Positions 36,112 through 45,529 of a stretch of DNA of 50,798 bases are shown here, piece by piece. Source of the stretch: an uncultured Candidatus Saccharibacteria bacterium (GTDB lineage: Bacteria > Patescibacteriota > Minisyncoccia > Phycocordibacterales > PALSA-1337); contig CAZNUY010000001.1 in NCBI GenBank assembly GCA_964576745.1, positions 1-50,798 of the forward strand, in the 5' to 3' direction. The translations under genes were made by a program, and so were the position numbers. Below the pieces are notes generated by a model. That model did no database searches, had not been told where the DNA came from, and was given only the letters and a program-made list of their open reading frames with translations. Each line of letters begins with the position of its first letter. Within the stretch, counting starts at the first letter, position 1.

Positions 36112-36538
36112 TATAATCCCAAGATGGATACCAATAGTTCTACTCATAGTAGCTCTTATTGGTTTTGCTGATGCGACATATTTAACAGTTGAGCATTATT
36201 TAAATAAAATTCCACCTTGTTCTATCGGAGGGTGTGAGACTGTACTTACTAGCCCATATTCTCAAGTGTTTGGTATTCCCGTGTCATTATTTGGTTCAAT
36301 ATACTATTTTGTTATTGTACTAACATTATTTATGTATTTTGATACAAAAAAAGAGATTTTCTTGAGATTTCCAATGACATTGTCATTTCTGGGTATGTTG
36401 TTCTCATTGTGGTTTATGATTATTATGGCATTTGTTATACAAGCTATTTGTCCATATTGCATAGTATCTGCAGTTACATCAACAACAATATTTATCGTAT
36501 CATTATATATACTTGTTAAATTTAAAATTAAAATATGA
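36077..36538 (+). CDS. vitamin K epoxide reductase (VKOR) family protein
   Basis: Four TM helices, loop cysteines CSIGGC and active-site CPYC; the start is uncertain. Confidence 0.8.
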   Translation: MMTLFTQKLNLNIIPRWIPIVLLIVALIGFADATYLTVEHYLNKIPPCSIGGCETVLTSPYSQVFGIPVSLFGSIYYFVIVLTLFMYFDTKKEIFLRFPMTLSFLGMLFSLWFMIIMAFVIQAICPYCIVSAVTSTTIFIVSLYILVKFKIKI

Positions 36539-38085
36539 GAAACTTTATATCAAAAATTAATAAAAAAGTCATAATAATAGTTGCGATTATTGTTCTAATT
36601 ATCTTGGCATATTCAGTTTTTTCAAATAAATCATCAAAAGATATTGAGATAGTAAGTGTTGAATCTGGAAGATTGCTTGAGAAGGTATCAGTTACAGGTA
36701 AAGTAAAGCCTTACAATAGGGCAGAACTAAGTTTTGAAAAGCCTGGAATAGTAAAAACTGTGAATTATAAAGTTGGAGATCCTGTTAATGTTGGAGATAT
36801 TATTGTTTCTATTGATACTGCAGATATAAATGCTCAAATAAAGGGAGCAGAGGCAAATCTGATGGCAGAAGAAGCTAGACTTACAGAACTAAGAAAAGGT
36901 CTAAGACCAGAAGAATTCTCTGTAGAAGATTCTAAGCTAAAATCAGCTCAAGTAACATACGATGCTTCACGAGTTGGAATAATAAATGCTTTTCATGATG
37001 CTTATACCAAGACAAATAGTGCATTGTTAAATTATGCTGACACTTTGTTTTTAAATCCTCAGAATATTCGACCACAGTTAAGAATTAGGTCTAATCTTGA
37101 AGAATCCATCTCTAGCAATAGAGTCTTATTGGGTGAGAAATTAAGAAAATGGAAAGAGGATTTAGATACTATGACTATAGATTCAGATCCTTTTGTCTAT
37201 ACAGATAGAATACATAAATATATAGAACTAGCTAAAGTCTTTTTTGGTCAGTTATCGTATTCAATGTCAGATGCGAATGTTTCATCAACTGGTATTTCTC
37301 AATCAGAGATAGATACTTTCAGCTCAAATATCACCACAGCATTATCTAACTTCAATTCTGCAGTTGATACTCTGGCTACTGCTGAGGCAACATACAGGAA
37401 CTCATCAACAAGTTTGGCATTAGCTAAGGATCAATTTAGCTTAAAGAAAGCTGGTTCATCTGATGAATCAATACAAATACAAGAAGCAAAGGTAGCTCAG
37501 GCAGAAGCAAATATAGCAAATTTATATGCAGAATTATCAAAGAAAAGACTTGTCTCACCGATCGAAGGAGTTGTTGGTAAAGTTGATTCTGAAATAGGTG
37601 AATATGTAAATTCTGGAGTAGTAGAAGCTGTTATAGTTAGCGACCAATTCAAGATTGAAGTGAATGTTCCAGAATCTGATATTTCAAAAATAGCGATTGA
37701 TAATAAAGCAGATATTACACTTGATGCTTATGATTCTGATACAGTATTCAAAGCTCATGTTGTATCTATTGATTTGGCAGAGACTATGATAGAAGGCGTG
37801 CCAACATACAAAGTAGTTCTACTTTTTGATGAGAAAGATTCAAGAGTGAGATCTGGTATGACAGCAAATATAAATATTCTTACTCAAGATAAAGAGAATG
37901 TAATATTAATACCATATAGAGCTATCAAAGATATAAAAGGTGAGAAGTATGTTCAGGTTGTTGATGGGGGCATAGATATACCTGTTGAAGTTAGAATAGT
38001 TGCTGGTGCTAGGGGAAGTGATGGTCGTGTTGAGGTTATTAGTGGTTTGAATGTTGGCTCAAAGATTGCTATATTTCCAAAATAA
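36535..38085 (+). CDS. HlyD/MacA-like periplasmic adaptor (membrane fusion) protein
   Basis: N-terminal TM helix, a lipoyl-like domain (GKVKPYN...VGDPVNVGDIIV), long coiled coils and a C-terminal beta-barrel. Confidence 0.65.
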   Translation: MRNFISKINKKVIIIVAIIVLIILAYSVFSNKSSKDIEIVSVESGRLLEKVSVTGKVKPYNRAELSFEKPGIVKTVNYKVGDPVNVGDIIVSIDTADINAQIKGAEANLMAEEARLTELRKGLRPEEFSVEDSKLKSAQVTYDASRVGIINAFHDAYTKTNSALLNYADTLFLNPQNIRPQLRIRSNLEESISSNRVLLGEKLRKWKEDLDTMTIDSDPFVYTDRIHKYIELAKVFFGQLSYSMSDANVSSTGISQSEIDTFSSNITTALSNFNSAVDTLATAEATYRNSSTSLALAKDQFSLKKAGSSDESIQIQEAKVAQAEANIANLYAELSKKRLVSPIEGVVGKVDSEIGEYVNSGVVEAVIVSDQFKIEVNVPESDISKIAIDNKADITLDAYDSDTVFKAHVVSIDLAETMIEGVPTYKVVLLFDEKDSRVRSGMTANINILTQDKENVILIPYRAIKDIKGEKYVQVVDGGIDIPVEVRIVAGARGSDGRVEVISGLNVGSKIAIFPK

Positions 38086-38087
38086 AT

Positions 38088-38954
38088 ATGAATAAATTAG
38101 AAGTATTAATTATTAAACCTAGCGAAGGTTATGAACTTATTGATTCTGGAGACGGAGAGAAATTAGAGCGTTTTGGTAATGTTGTCCTATCTAGACCTGA
38201 TCCACAAGCTCTATGGCATAGAAGACTTACAAAAGAAGAATGGTCAAAATCTGATGCTCATTTCACTAGGACTGAGGCAGGAGGAGATTGGAAAATAAAA
38301 TCCGGAACTCCCGATAAATGGCAAATCAATTTTTCTAATTTGAAATTTAATATTAAACCAACAGCTTTCAAGCATACTGGAATTTTCCCCGAGCAATCTG
38401 TTAATTGGGATTGGATGAGGGATTTGATTAATAACAAAAATGACATAGATGTATTAAATCTGTTTGGCTATACTGGTGGTGCAACATTAGTTTGTGCTCA
38501 GGCAGGTGCTAGGGTCGTTCATATAGATAGTTCAAAATCTGCTATTACTTGGGCTCGGGAGAATGCAGAGTTATCTGGACTGGCTGATAAGCCAATACGT
38601 TGGATTTTAGAAGATGCAAGACTATTTGTCAGTAGAGAATTAAAAAGAGGAAATAAATACGATGCCATAATAATGGACCCTCCTGCATTTGGTCATGGTG
38701 TGAACAGTGAAGTTTGGAAAATTGAAGAGCATTTTATCCAATTAATTGAGGACTGCTTCAGATTATTGAAAGATAAGCCACTATTTTTCCTTGTAAATGG
38801 ATATTCTTCTGGATATTCTGCCATTGCTTACAAAAATTCTTTAAATTATTTAATAGATAAGTATGGCGGATCTATTGAAATGGGGGAATTAGCTATACAA
38901 GAGAAAGATAGCCAAAGACTTTTGCCTTGTGGTATATTTGCCAGATGGAAATAA
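38088..38954 (+). CDS. class I SAM-dependent methyltransferase (RlmI-like catalytic domain)
   Basis: LNLFGYTGGATLVCA SAM-binding loop and IIMDPPAFG. Confidence 0.75.
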   Translation: MNKLEVLIIKPSEGYELIDSGDGEKLERFGNVVLSRPDPQALWHRRLTKEEWSKSDAHFTRTEAGGDWKIKSGTPDKWQINFSNLKFNIKPTAFKHTGIFPEQSVNWDWMRDLINNKNDIDVLNLFGYTGGATLVCAQAGARVVHIDSSKSAITWARENAELSGLADKPIRWILEDARLFVSRELKRGNKYDAIIMDPPAFGHGVNSEVWKIEEHFIQLIEDCFRLLKDKPLFFLVNGYSSGYSAIAYKNSLNYLIDKYGGSIEMGELAIQEKDSQRLLPCGIFARWK

Positions 38955-39601
38955 AGGTCTTATTTGAAGATAATCATTTGATTGCGGTTTACAAACCTGC
39001 TGGTATTCTAGTTCAGGGTGATAAAAGTGGAGATATATCACTATTAGATGAGGTTAAAAGTTTTTTAAAAAGGAAATATAATAAGCCGGGAAATGTATTT
39101 CTTGGTCTTGTTCATAGACTAGATAGAAATGTTGATGGGGTTATTCTTTTTGCCAAAACCTCAAAGGGTGCATCAAGAATTTCAGAACAATTCAGAAAAC
39201 ATAGTATACAGAAGATATACCACGCATGGGTTCATGGAAATGTAAAAGATCAAAAGAGAACTCTAATAAATTTCCTTAAACACGATGAAAATCAAAATTT
39301 CACTCATGTATATGATAAAGAAGTTATGAATTCTGAAGATGCAGAATTGTCATTTGAATTAATAAAAACAGAAGATAATTTCTCTTTATTAAAAATTATT
39401 TTAAAAACTGGCAGACAACATCAGATTCGTGCTCAACTTTCTCATATAGGTCATCCGATAGTAGGGGACAGTAAGTATGGCTCAAGTATTAATTTACCTG
39501 ACAAAAGAATGATGCTAACTGCTACTTCTTTAACATTTGAAACAGCTACAACAGAGGAGGTAAGGACGGTGAGTGTGGATATTTCTAAGAGAGTTTGGTA
39601 A
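38945..39601 (+). CDS. RluA-family pseudouridine synthase
   Basis: HRLDRNVDGVILFAKT and GRQHQIRAQ; start taken at the ATG at 38945. Confidence 0.85.
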   Translation: MEIKVLFEDNHLIAVYKPAGILVQGDKSGDISLLDEVKSFLKRKYNKPGNVFLGLVHRLDRNVDGVILFAKTSKGASRISEQFRKHSIQKIYHAWVHGNVKDQKRTLINFLKHDENQNFTHVYDKEVMNSEDAELSFELIKTEDNFSLLKIILKTGRQHQIRAQLSHIGHPIVGDSKYGSSINLPDKRMMLTATSLTFETATTEEVRTVSVDISKRVW

Positions 39602-39617
39602 AAATTTGTAAAAGAAA

Positions 39618-39645
39618 AGCCCCGTACAACTAGTGTACTAGGGCT
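39618..39645. terminator. bidirectional hairpin between convergent genes
   Basis: AGCCC-C-GTACA-ACTAG-TGTAC-TA-GGGCT, flanked by an A-run upstream. Confidence 0.5.
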
Positions 39646-39666
39646 CTGTTCAACTTCGAACCATTT

Positions 39667-40623
39667 CTACTCTTTTGGAGTTGTTGTGGGAAGGAAGTTG
39701 ATATGTACCTGCTTTATGACGAATGGTGCATTATTTACCAACTGAAGTACCATGCCCACTCTTCTTTCTTCGACTGAACCATGAGCTGTTTTTTCAAATG
39801 CACTTTCCAGTTCAGTTTTTGCATTTCCGCCTAAACCGCGGAGTATGGCAATAACGAGTGATAGAGTATCGCTACTCAACTCAGGGTCAAACCAAATAGG
39901 AGGTGATTTTGATTCGAGTTCTCGCAAGAGATGGAAATGGTTTAGATCTCGAACAAACCATTTATACTCATCCAAGATGCGTAGTGCCTCTAATTTCAGT
40001 TCTTTAGTCTTTTCTCTCAATCTGCCGGGTAAGTTATTGAAGTCCATGCTGAGAACCAATAATGAATCATTAATTAGCTTTCCGGCATCTGCTCCATTCA
40101 TTGTACTCAGGTCTTTCTGGGTTGAGGGTTGGGTTTCTGGCTTAACACCAGTCAATTCTTCTATAGTACCTTGACTAACGATTTCGTAAGTTAGACCAAA
40201 GCCTTGCAGTACCTTGAATGCCTTACTTTCTTGCTCAGCCATAATAGCAAGCAAGATGTCTTCAGTGCCAATGTATTTATGGGAATACTTCTCCGCCTCT
40301 CTTGTTGATAAAGCAAGAACTTTCTTTGTTCTTGGTGTGTATGGTGGTTCTGAATTCAGAGTGGCACCTTGATCTGAGCCGATTTCTTTGTCCAGATGAC
40401 CTTTCAGATCATCAATGGTCTTGTAAGTTTCAGTCAAAAATTTACTTATGACATTGAAAGCACTACCTTCTCCTATTTTGATAATTCCCATGAGGATATG
40501 CTCTGGACCAATGTAATTGTGCTTTCTGTAGATGGCCTCTTTTTTTGCCAACCTTAAGACTTGGCCCACACGTGGTGTGAAGGTGAGTTGGGATGTTTCA
40601 GTTACGGCGTTCATATCTTTCAA
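39667..40623 (-). CDS. orphan Clp N-terminal (Clp_R repeat) domain protein with a novel C-terminal domain
   Basis: Two Clp_N repeats (YIGPEHILMGIIKIGEGSAFNVI; YIGTEDILLAIMAEQES), no AAA+ module, and a C-terminal domain of about 140 aa homologous to the 40753-41163 product. Confidence 0.75.
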   Translation of the reverse strand: MKDMNAVTETSQLTFTPRVGQVLRLAKKEAIYRKHNYIGPEHILMGIIKIGEGSAFNVISKFLTETYKTIDDLKGHLDKEIGSDQGATLNSEPPYTPRTKKVLALSTREAEKYSHKYIGTEDILLAIMAEQESKAFKVLQGFGLTYEIVSQGTIEELTGVKPETQPSTQKDLSTMNGADAGKLINDSLLVLSMDFNNLPGRLREKTKELKLEALRILDEYKWFVRDLNHFHLLRELESKSPPIWFDPELSSDTLSLVIAILRGLGGNAKTELESAFEKTAHGSVEERRVGMVLQLVNNAPFVIKQVHINFLPTTTPKE

Positions 40624-40703
40624 GAGTTAGTTGTTTAAGAACTGAATTCACTATATTTCTATAATAAATATGATTTGGTGTCAATGCTAAGTAAATTGCA
40701 AGA

Positions 40704-40733
40704 ACAAAAAAGCCCCCGCAGTTAGACTGCGGG
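40704..40733 (-). terminator. intrinsic terminator for 40753-41163
   Basis: CCCGCAG-TTAGA-CTGCGGG, with a T-run on the minus strand. Confidence 0.65.
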
Positions 40734-40752
40734 TGGCTTGACTCATCTTGTG

Positions 40753-41163
40753 CTACTGCCCAAGGAAGTTCATAGTGATATTCCTGGTAACGGGAACTCC
40801 GTCATTTATGAGTTGCAGAATGATACCGATTCTCTTTTCAACTGTTGAGTCGGGATCAGATTTTCCAAAAATTTCTTGCAGTTCTACAATCGCTGACTCA
40901 CCTAATTTTCTGAAGATATCAGCAATTATCTGCATGTCTTTGGGATTATCATCACACCATACAAACCACTTACTCTCTGGCTTACATAATTCCGAAAGAA
41001 ATGCTCCGTGGCTAAGTTCATCACTGAACCAATCTTGCTCAAGTAGCGCAAGGATTGAGACACGTTTCAATTCATACGCCACCTTTCTCACCGCGGGAGG
41101 TAGGTTAGTGTAATCCATTTCAAGGATATTCAGTAACCCATCCACTTTTTGATCTGGATTCAT
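40753..41163 (-). CDS. hypothetical protein, stand-alone copy of the C-terminal domain of the Clp_N protein
   Basis: 136 aa that aligns along its length with residues of about 180-318 of the neighbouring gene (for example VEKRIGIILQLINDGVPV vs VEERRVGMVLQLVNNAPFV). Confidence 0.6.
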   Translation of the reverse strand: MNPDQKVDGLLNILEMDYTNLPPAVRKVAYELKRVSILALLEQDWFSDELSHGAFLSELCKPESKWFVWCDDNPKDMQIIADIFRKLGESAIVELQEIFGKSDPDSTVEKRIGIILQLINDGVPVTRNITMNFLGQ

Positions 41164-41276
41164 ATTTTTTAGTCTCCGGTTGATTGTTTAAGAACCAAAT
41201 TCTCTATATTTCTATAATAAATGCACCTTGGTGTCAATGCTAATCAATAAACCAAAAACATGATAATGTTGACTCT

Positions 41277-42083
41277 ATGCAAATTCTTGATGGCAAAAAG
41301 GCAAAGGAACACTATCTGGAGCAACTAAGGACCCGAGTGATTTTCCTTAGTTCTATTCCAAAATTAGTTGTAATACAAGTAGGAGATAGAGAAGACTCTA
41401 ATTCATATATAAGATCAAAGAAGTTATTCGCAGAGAAATTGGGTGCAGAAGTAGTGCATGAGAAATTATCTGACAAAGTTAAACGAGAAGAAATTATAAA
41501 ATTAATAAAGAAATACAATAAAGACAAAACAGTAAATGGAATTATAGTTCAATTACCATTACCAGAGCATTTAAAAGCCGATGAAATAATAAATGAAATT
41601 GATATTACAAAAGATGTTGATGGATTGACTGATAATGCAGTTTTTATACCAGCAACAGCAAGAGGGATCAAAGAATTATTGGAGTTCTATAATATTAAAT
41701 TAAAAAATAAGAAAGTAACAATATTAGGTAGATCAAAGATAGTAGGTAAACCAACAGCTAAAATGTGTGATAATGAAGGTGCAAAAGTTACAGTATGTCA
41801 TAGCAAAACAGAAGATGTTCCAAGCAAGACCAAAAAAGCAGATATAGTGATAGTGGCTATAGGTAAGCCACATATGTTAGATAATAAATATTTCACAGAG
41901 GGACAGATTGTGGTAGATGTTGGTATAACAAGGGTGGGTGATAGCTTGCTAGGTGATGTTGATTTTGAAAAAGTTAAAGATATTGTGTCTATGATCACTC
42001 CTGTACCTGGAGGAGTAGGACAAATGACAGTTCTCGCTCTTTTTGAGAACCTAGTAGATTCGTGCTATAATTCAGGCCTATGA
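41277..42083 (+). CDS. folD: bifunctional methylenetetrahydrofolate dehydrogenase/cyclohydrolase
   Basis: ILDGKK...VGDREDSNSYIRSK...VQLPLPEHL...TPVPGGVGQMTV. Confidence 0.9.
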   Translation: MQILDGKKAKEHYLEQLRTRVIFLSSIPKLVVIQVGDREDSNSYIRSKKLFAEKLGAEVVHEKLSDKVKREEIIKLIKKYNKDKTVNGIIVQLPLPEHLKADEIINEIDITKDVDGLTDNAVFIPATARGIKELLEFYNIKLKNKKVTILGRSKIVGKPTAKMCDNEGAKVTVCHSKTEDVPSKTKKADIVIVAIGKPHMLDNKYFTEGQIVVDVGITRVGDSLLGDVDFEKVKDIVSMITPVPGGVGQMTVLALFENLVDSCYNSGL

Positions 42084-42868
42084 ACAATCAAGAACAAATA
42101 TATAAAGTTGGTAAGTGGGTGGGGGTATTATTAGTAGTTTTTTTAGCAGTTTTGTCTATAAAACAGCTTAAATCCATTGGATATGTAGGAAATGAAAATC
42201 CAATGATTGCTAGTATTTCTGTAAGCGGTAAGGGTGAAGCTATTTCAATTCCTGATATAGCAACTTTCTCATTTAGTGTTACTGAGAATGCAAAAACAGT
42301 TGAAGAAGCTCAGAAGAAAGCTACAGAGAGAACAAATAAAGCACTTAAAGCTGTTAAGGACGCTGGGGTAGCTGAGAAAGATCTCAAGACTATTTCATAT
42401 ACTATCAATCCTAAATATGAGTACAATCAAATAGTATGTATTGCATATCCATGTCCAGCTGGTAAGTCAGTGTTGATTGGCTATGATGTTAGTCAAACAA
42501 TACAAGTTAAGGTCAGAGATTTATCAAAGGCGGGAGCTCTATTTGATATAATCGGTAATGCGGGAGTACAAAACGTCGATAGTCTAACATTCTCAATAGA
42601 AGATATAGAATCAGTAAGAGCAAAAGCTAGAACAGAAGCAATAAATGATGCCAAGGCAAAGGCAGAATTGCTTGCAAAACAATTAGGTGTAAAGCTAGTA
42701 AGAATTACGAGTTACTATGATTCAAATCCAGAATTACCATATATGTATGGTAGAGGTGAGATGATGAGTGCAGATGTTGTATCATTGAAAGCTTCTGTTG
42801 CACCAGAAATACCAAAGGGTGAGCAGAAGATTACATCAAATGTAACAATTTCATACGAGATCAAGTAG
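42080..42868 (+). CDS. SIMPL/DUF541-domain protein
   Basis: Signal anchor, then VSGKGEAISIPDIATFSFSV...AKTVEEAQKK, the pattern of SIMPL family proteins. Confidence 0.7.
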   Translation: MNNQEQIYKVGKWVGVLLVVFLAVLSIKQLKSIGYVGNENPMIASISVSGKGEAISIPDIATFSFSVTENAKTVEEAQKKATERTNKALKAVKDAGVAEKDLKTISYTINPKYEYNQIVCIAYPCPAGKSVLIGYDVSQTIQVKVRDLSKAGALFDIIGNAGVQNVDSLTFSIEDIESVRAKARTEAINDAKAKAELLAKQLGVKLVRITSYYDSNPELPYMYGRGEMMSADVVSLKASVAPEIPKGEQKITSNVTISYEIK

Positions 42869-43055
42869 CTCTGAATATAATACTATATTACTCCGCAAAC
42901 CCTTCTTTTCCAAAACTTCCTCGTTACTCGTTTTGTAAAAGAAGGTTTGCTACGTAAATAGTAATTTCTAACTGTTGACTATATTGAATGAAAGGGGTAA
43001 TATGTATTTATTACCCCTTTCGGGGTTTTTTAATAGAAGGATATAAATCAAAAGA

Positions 43056-43232
43056 ATGAAAATTACTGAATATATAAAAGAAACACGTGCAGAAATGGCT
43101 CATGTAATATGGCCAAGTCGCAAACAAGCAGTACTGTACTCAATTGCAGTTATTTTGATTTCTGTTGTAATTGCATTTCTTTTGGGAGCTTTTGACTATA
43201 TCTTTGCTCAACTATTAACTCTAATCGTTTAA
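43056..43232 (+). CDS. secE: preprotein translocase subunit SecE (below the ORF-track length cutoff)
   Basis: My own translation: MKITEYIKETRAEMAHVIWPSRKQAVLYSIAVILISVVIAFLLGAFDYIFAQLLTLIV. It has the (K/R)E..E..KV.WPS motif plus one TM helix and lies directly upstream of nusG. Confidence 0.85.
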   Translation: MKITEYIKETRAEMAHVIWPSRKQAVLYSIAVILISVVIAFLLGAFDYIFAQLLTLIV

Positions 43233-43246
43233 TAAATAAATTTAAT

Positions 43247-43792
43247 ATGTCAAAACAACAAGTAGGTGGTGAGAGATCATGGTATGCAATACATACATAT
43301 GCTGGATATGAGAATGCTGTAGCTAGAAATCTAAAACAGCGTATTGAGTCTCTAGGAATGGAGGATAGAATTTTTAATGTTCTTGTTCCAACAGAGAAGA
43401 AGATCAAGATAAAGTCAGGCAAGAGAGTAGAAGAAGAGGAGAAAATATATCCCGGATATGTACTAGTAGATATGATTGTTACTGACGATTCTTGGTATGT
43501 TGTTAGAAATACACCAAGAGTTACAGGCTTCGTCGGTTCAGGAGTATTTCCAGTTCCACTAGATAAGAAAGAAGTTGATACTCTTTTCTCTAGAATGAAT
43601 AAAGAAGAAGTCAAACATACAATAGACCTATCTGTAGATGAGACTGTAAAGATAGTTGATGGGCCATTCAAGGATCTTGAAGGTAAAGTTAGTGAGGTTG
43701 ATGATAGTAGGGGCAAGGTTAAGGTTCTTGTATCAATGTTTGGTCGAGAAACACCAGTTGAGTTAGATTTCTTGCAAGTTAGTAAGTTATAA
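43247..43792 (+). CDS. nusG: transcription termination/antitermination factor NusG
   Basis: NGN domain WYAIHTYAGYENAV and KOW motif VKIVDGPFKDLEGKV. Confidence 0.92.
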   Translation: MSKQQVGGERSWYAIHTYAGYENAVARNLKQRIESLGMEDRIFNVLVPTEKKIKIKSGKRVEEEEKIYPGYVLVDMIVTDDSWYVVRNTPRVTGFVGSGVFPVPLDKKEVDTLFSRMNKEEVKHTIDLSVDETVKIVDGPFKDLEGKVSEVDDSRGKVKVLVSMFGRETPVELDFLQVSKL

Positions 43793-43820
43793 GGTAATAT
43801 CGGTATACTAAATAAAAAAC

Positions 43821-44243
43821 ATGGCAAAGAAGATAATTAAGAAAGTAAAGGTAATTGCACCAGCAGGCAAGGCAACACCAGCTCCACCACTTGGTCCTAC
43901 TCTAGGTCAGGCAGGGGTTAATATTGGTGATTTCACAAAGAAGTTCAATGATGCTACTAAGACTATGATTGGTGATATGATCCCAGTTGTAATCACAGTA
44001 TACGAGGACAGAACATATGATTTCGTACTCAAGACACCACCAGCAAGTTCACTTATCCTAAAGGCAGTAGGTATTGAGAAGGGAGCAGGCAAGCATGCAG
44101 TAAAGAGGGCAGGAACAATCACTAAGGCTAAGGTTAGAGAAATAGCTGAGAGGAAAATGCCAGATCTAAATGCTAGTACAATAGAAGCAGCAATCAAGAT
44201 AATTGAAGGCTCATGCCGATCAATGGGTGTGGATGTTAAGTAG
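43821..44243 (+). CDS. rplK: 50S ribosomal protein L11
   Basis: PAGKATPAPPLGPTLGQAGVNIGDFTKKFN. Confidence 0.95.
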   Translation: MAKKIIKKVKVIAPAGKATPAPPLGPTLGQAGVNIGDFTKKFNDATKTMIGDMIPVVITVYEDRTYDFVLKTPPASSLILKAVGIEKGAGKHAVKRAGTITKAKVREIAERKMPDLNASTIEAAIKIIEGSCRSMGVDVK

Positions 44244-44757
44244 TTAGTTTAGGAGTTCCAGTATAATCAACCGAATACTCAAGAAGAAGCGATCCACCAC
44301 TTTCAGAAGTTTGGGCGCTTTTTAATTTCATATGATGAAGGATATCTTCATTAAATAGGGAAATGCCTTTACCAAAAATTATAGGTTCAACAGTAAGATA
44401 AATAGTATCAACTACATTAGCTTTCATAAATTTTGTATAAATATGTGAACCACCGCAAATAGCTACTTCTTTGAAACCTCTTTCTTCTAATTTCCTAAGT
44501 AATTCAATAGGCTCATCTTGAGTCATCTCAACTCCTTCGAAAGTCTGGTTTTTGGAGTACACAATATTTACTCTCTCTTTTAGTGGTCTGCCAATAGTCT
44601 TATACGTGGTTGAACCTATTACTACAACTCCTGCACGCTTGGTTAATTCTATGAATCTTTTTTTGTCGGCTTTACTAGTCCACATAGCGGGGTGATGAGT
44701 ATCCTTGGCGATGAAGCCATCTGCGGTGATTGCAGCTATGATGAAGACTTTAATCAT
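44236..44757 (-). CDS. dihydrofolate reductase-like protein
   Basis: IIAAITADGFIAKD...VIGSTTYKTIGRPLKERVNIVYS resembles FolA/RibD_C-fold reductases; lies adjacent to dcd and thyA. Confidence 0.65.
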   Translation of the reverse strand: MIKVFIIAAITADGFIAKDTHHPAMWTSKADKKRFIELTKRAGVVVIGSTTYKTIGRPLKERVNIVYSKNQTFEGVEMTQDEPIELLRKLEERGFKEVAICGGSHIYTKFMKANVVDTIYLTVEPIIFGKGISLFNEDILHHMKLKSAQTSESGGSLLLEYSVDYTGTPKLTT

Positions 44758-44758
44758 G

Positions 44759-45439
44759 CTATTTTTTGTTATTAATATCTCTATCTAAATAAAGTTTAGG
44801 AAGCATTGAGCTAGGATCCCATTCTTTCTTCATTTTTTTGATGTCTTGATGATTCTGATATTTGCCACTTGAACTATAGTCATTACTAATTATGTGTCCA
44901 GTTTCGAAGAAGATAATTTGAGCAATTCTTCTTCCAACAACTAATGGTATTGCGTAATGTCTTGAGTTATTTGTTATTTCCATAGTCCATCTATTTACAT
45001 ATCCAACATCACCCCAACCGGCGCATTTACAAACTTCTATGAAATTTCGTCCCATTGATGATCTAGCCTTCATCATTGTTGTTATGTGATTCCTACCACC
45101 TATAAATTCATTGGTATGAGCAAGTATTGTCTCACCAGGTTCTAATAGAATAATTTCATCATTTGGTGATATTCCATTCCATTCGAATGCTGAGAAATTT
45201 TTGAAAATTTTGGAGGCTTTGCCAGCTTTCTCTGCCTTGGTGCCCCATACATGGTCTGTGTGTTTCTTATTATAAATATTGTAGTGATTGAGTATGTAAT
45301 TAGGCTTCTTCTCTCTGAAATAATACTTGCCAAGTGTTACATCGTAACTTGATGTTGCAAGATTTGCTCTCTTAAATGGTTCGATAATGATATCTCCTTT
45401 CTGAATCTCCTCAATTATTCTTTTGTCTGATAGTGCCAT
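44759..45439 (-). CDS. dcd: dCTP deaminase / dUTPase-superfamily protein
   Basis: N-terminus LSDKRIIEEIQKGDIIIEPF...SYDVTLG, typical of Dcd. Confidence 0.7.
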   Translation of the reverse strand: MALSDKRIIEEIQKGDIIIEPFKRANLATSSYDVTLGKYYFREKKPNYILNHYNIYNKKHTDHVWGTKAEKAGKASKIFKNFSAFEWNGISPNDEIILLEPGETILAHTNEFIGGRNHITTMMKARSSMGRNFIEVCKCAGWGDVGYVNRWTMEITNNSRHYAIPLVVGRRIAQIIFFETGHIISNDYSSSGKYQNHQDIKKMKKEWDPSSMLPKLYLDRDINNKK

Positions 45440-45529
45440 TTTATTATTTACTGAATATTAATATTTTTATTTTATCATAAGAAAGGACCTCGATACAGTT
45501 GTATAGAGGTCCTTTTTGTTTTGCAGCTA

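Noticed and set aside
43150-43827. 225-aa minus-strand ORF
   Set aside because: It is antisense to the well-supported nusG and the secE 3' end. The translation is low-complexity and Ser/Thr/Leu-rich with no motif.
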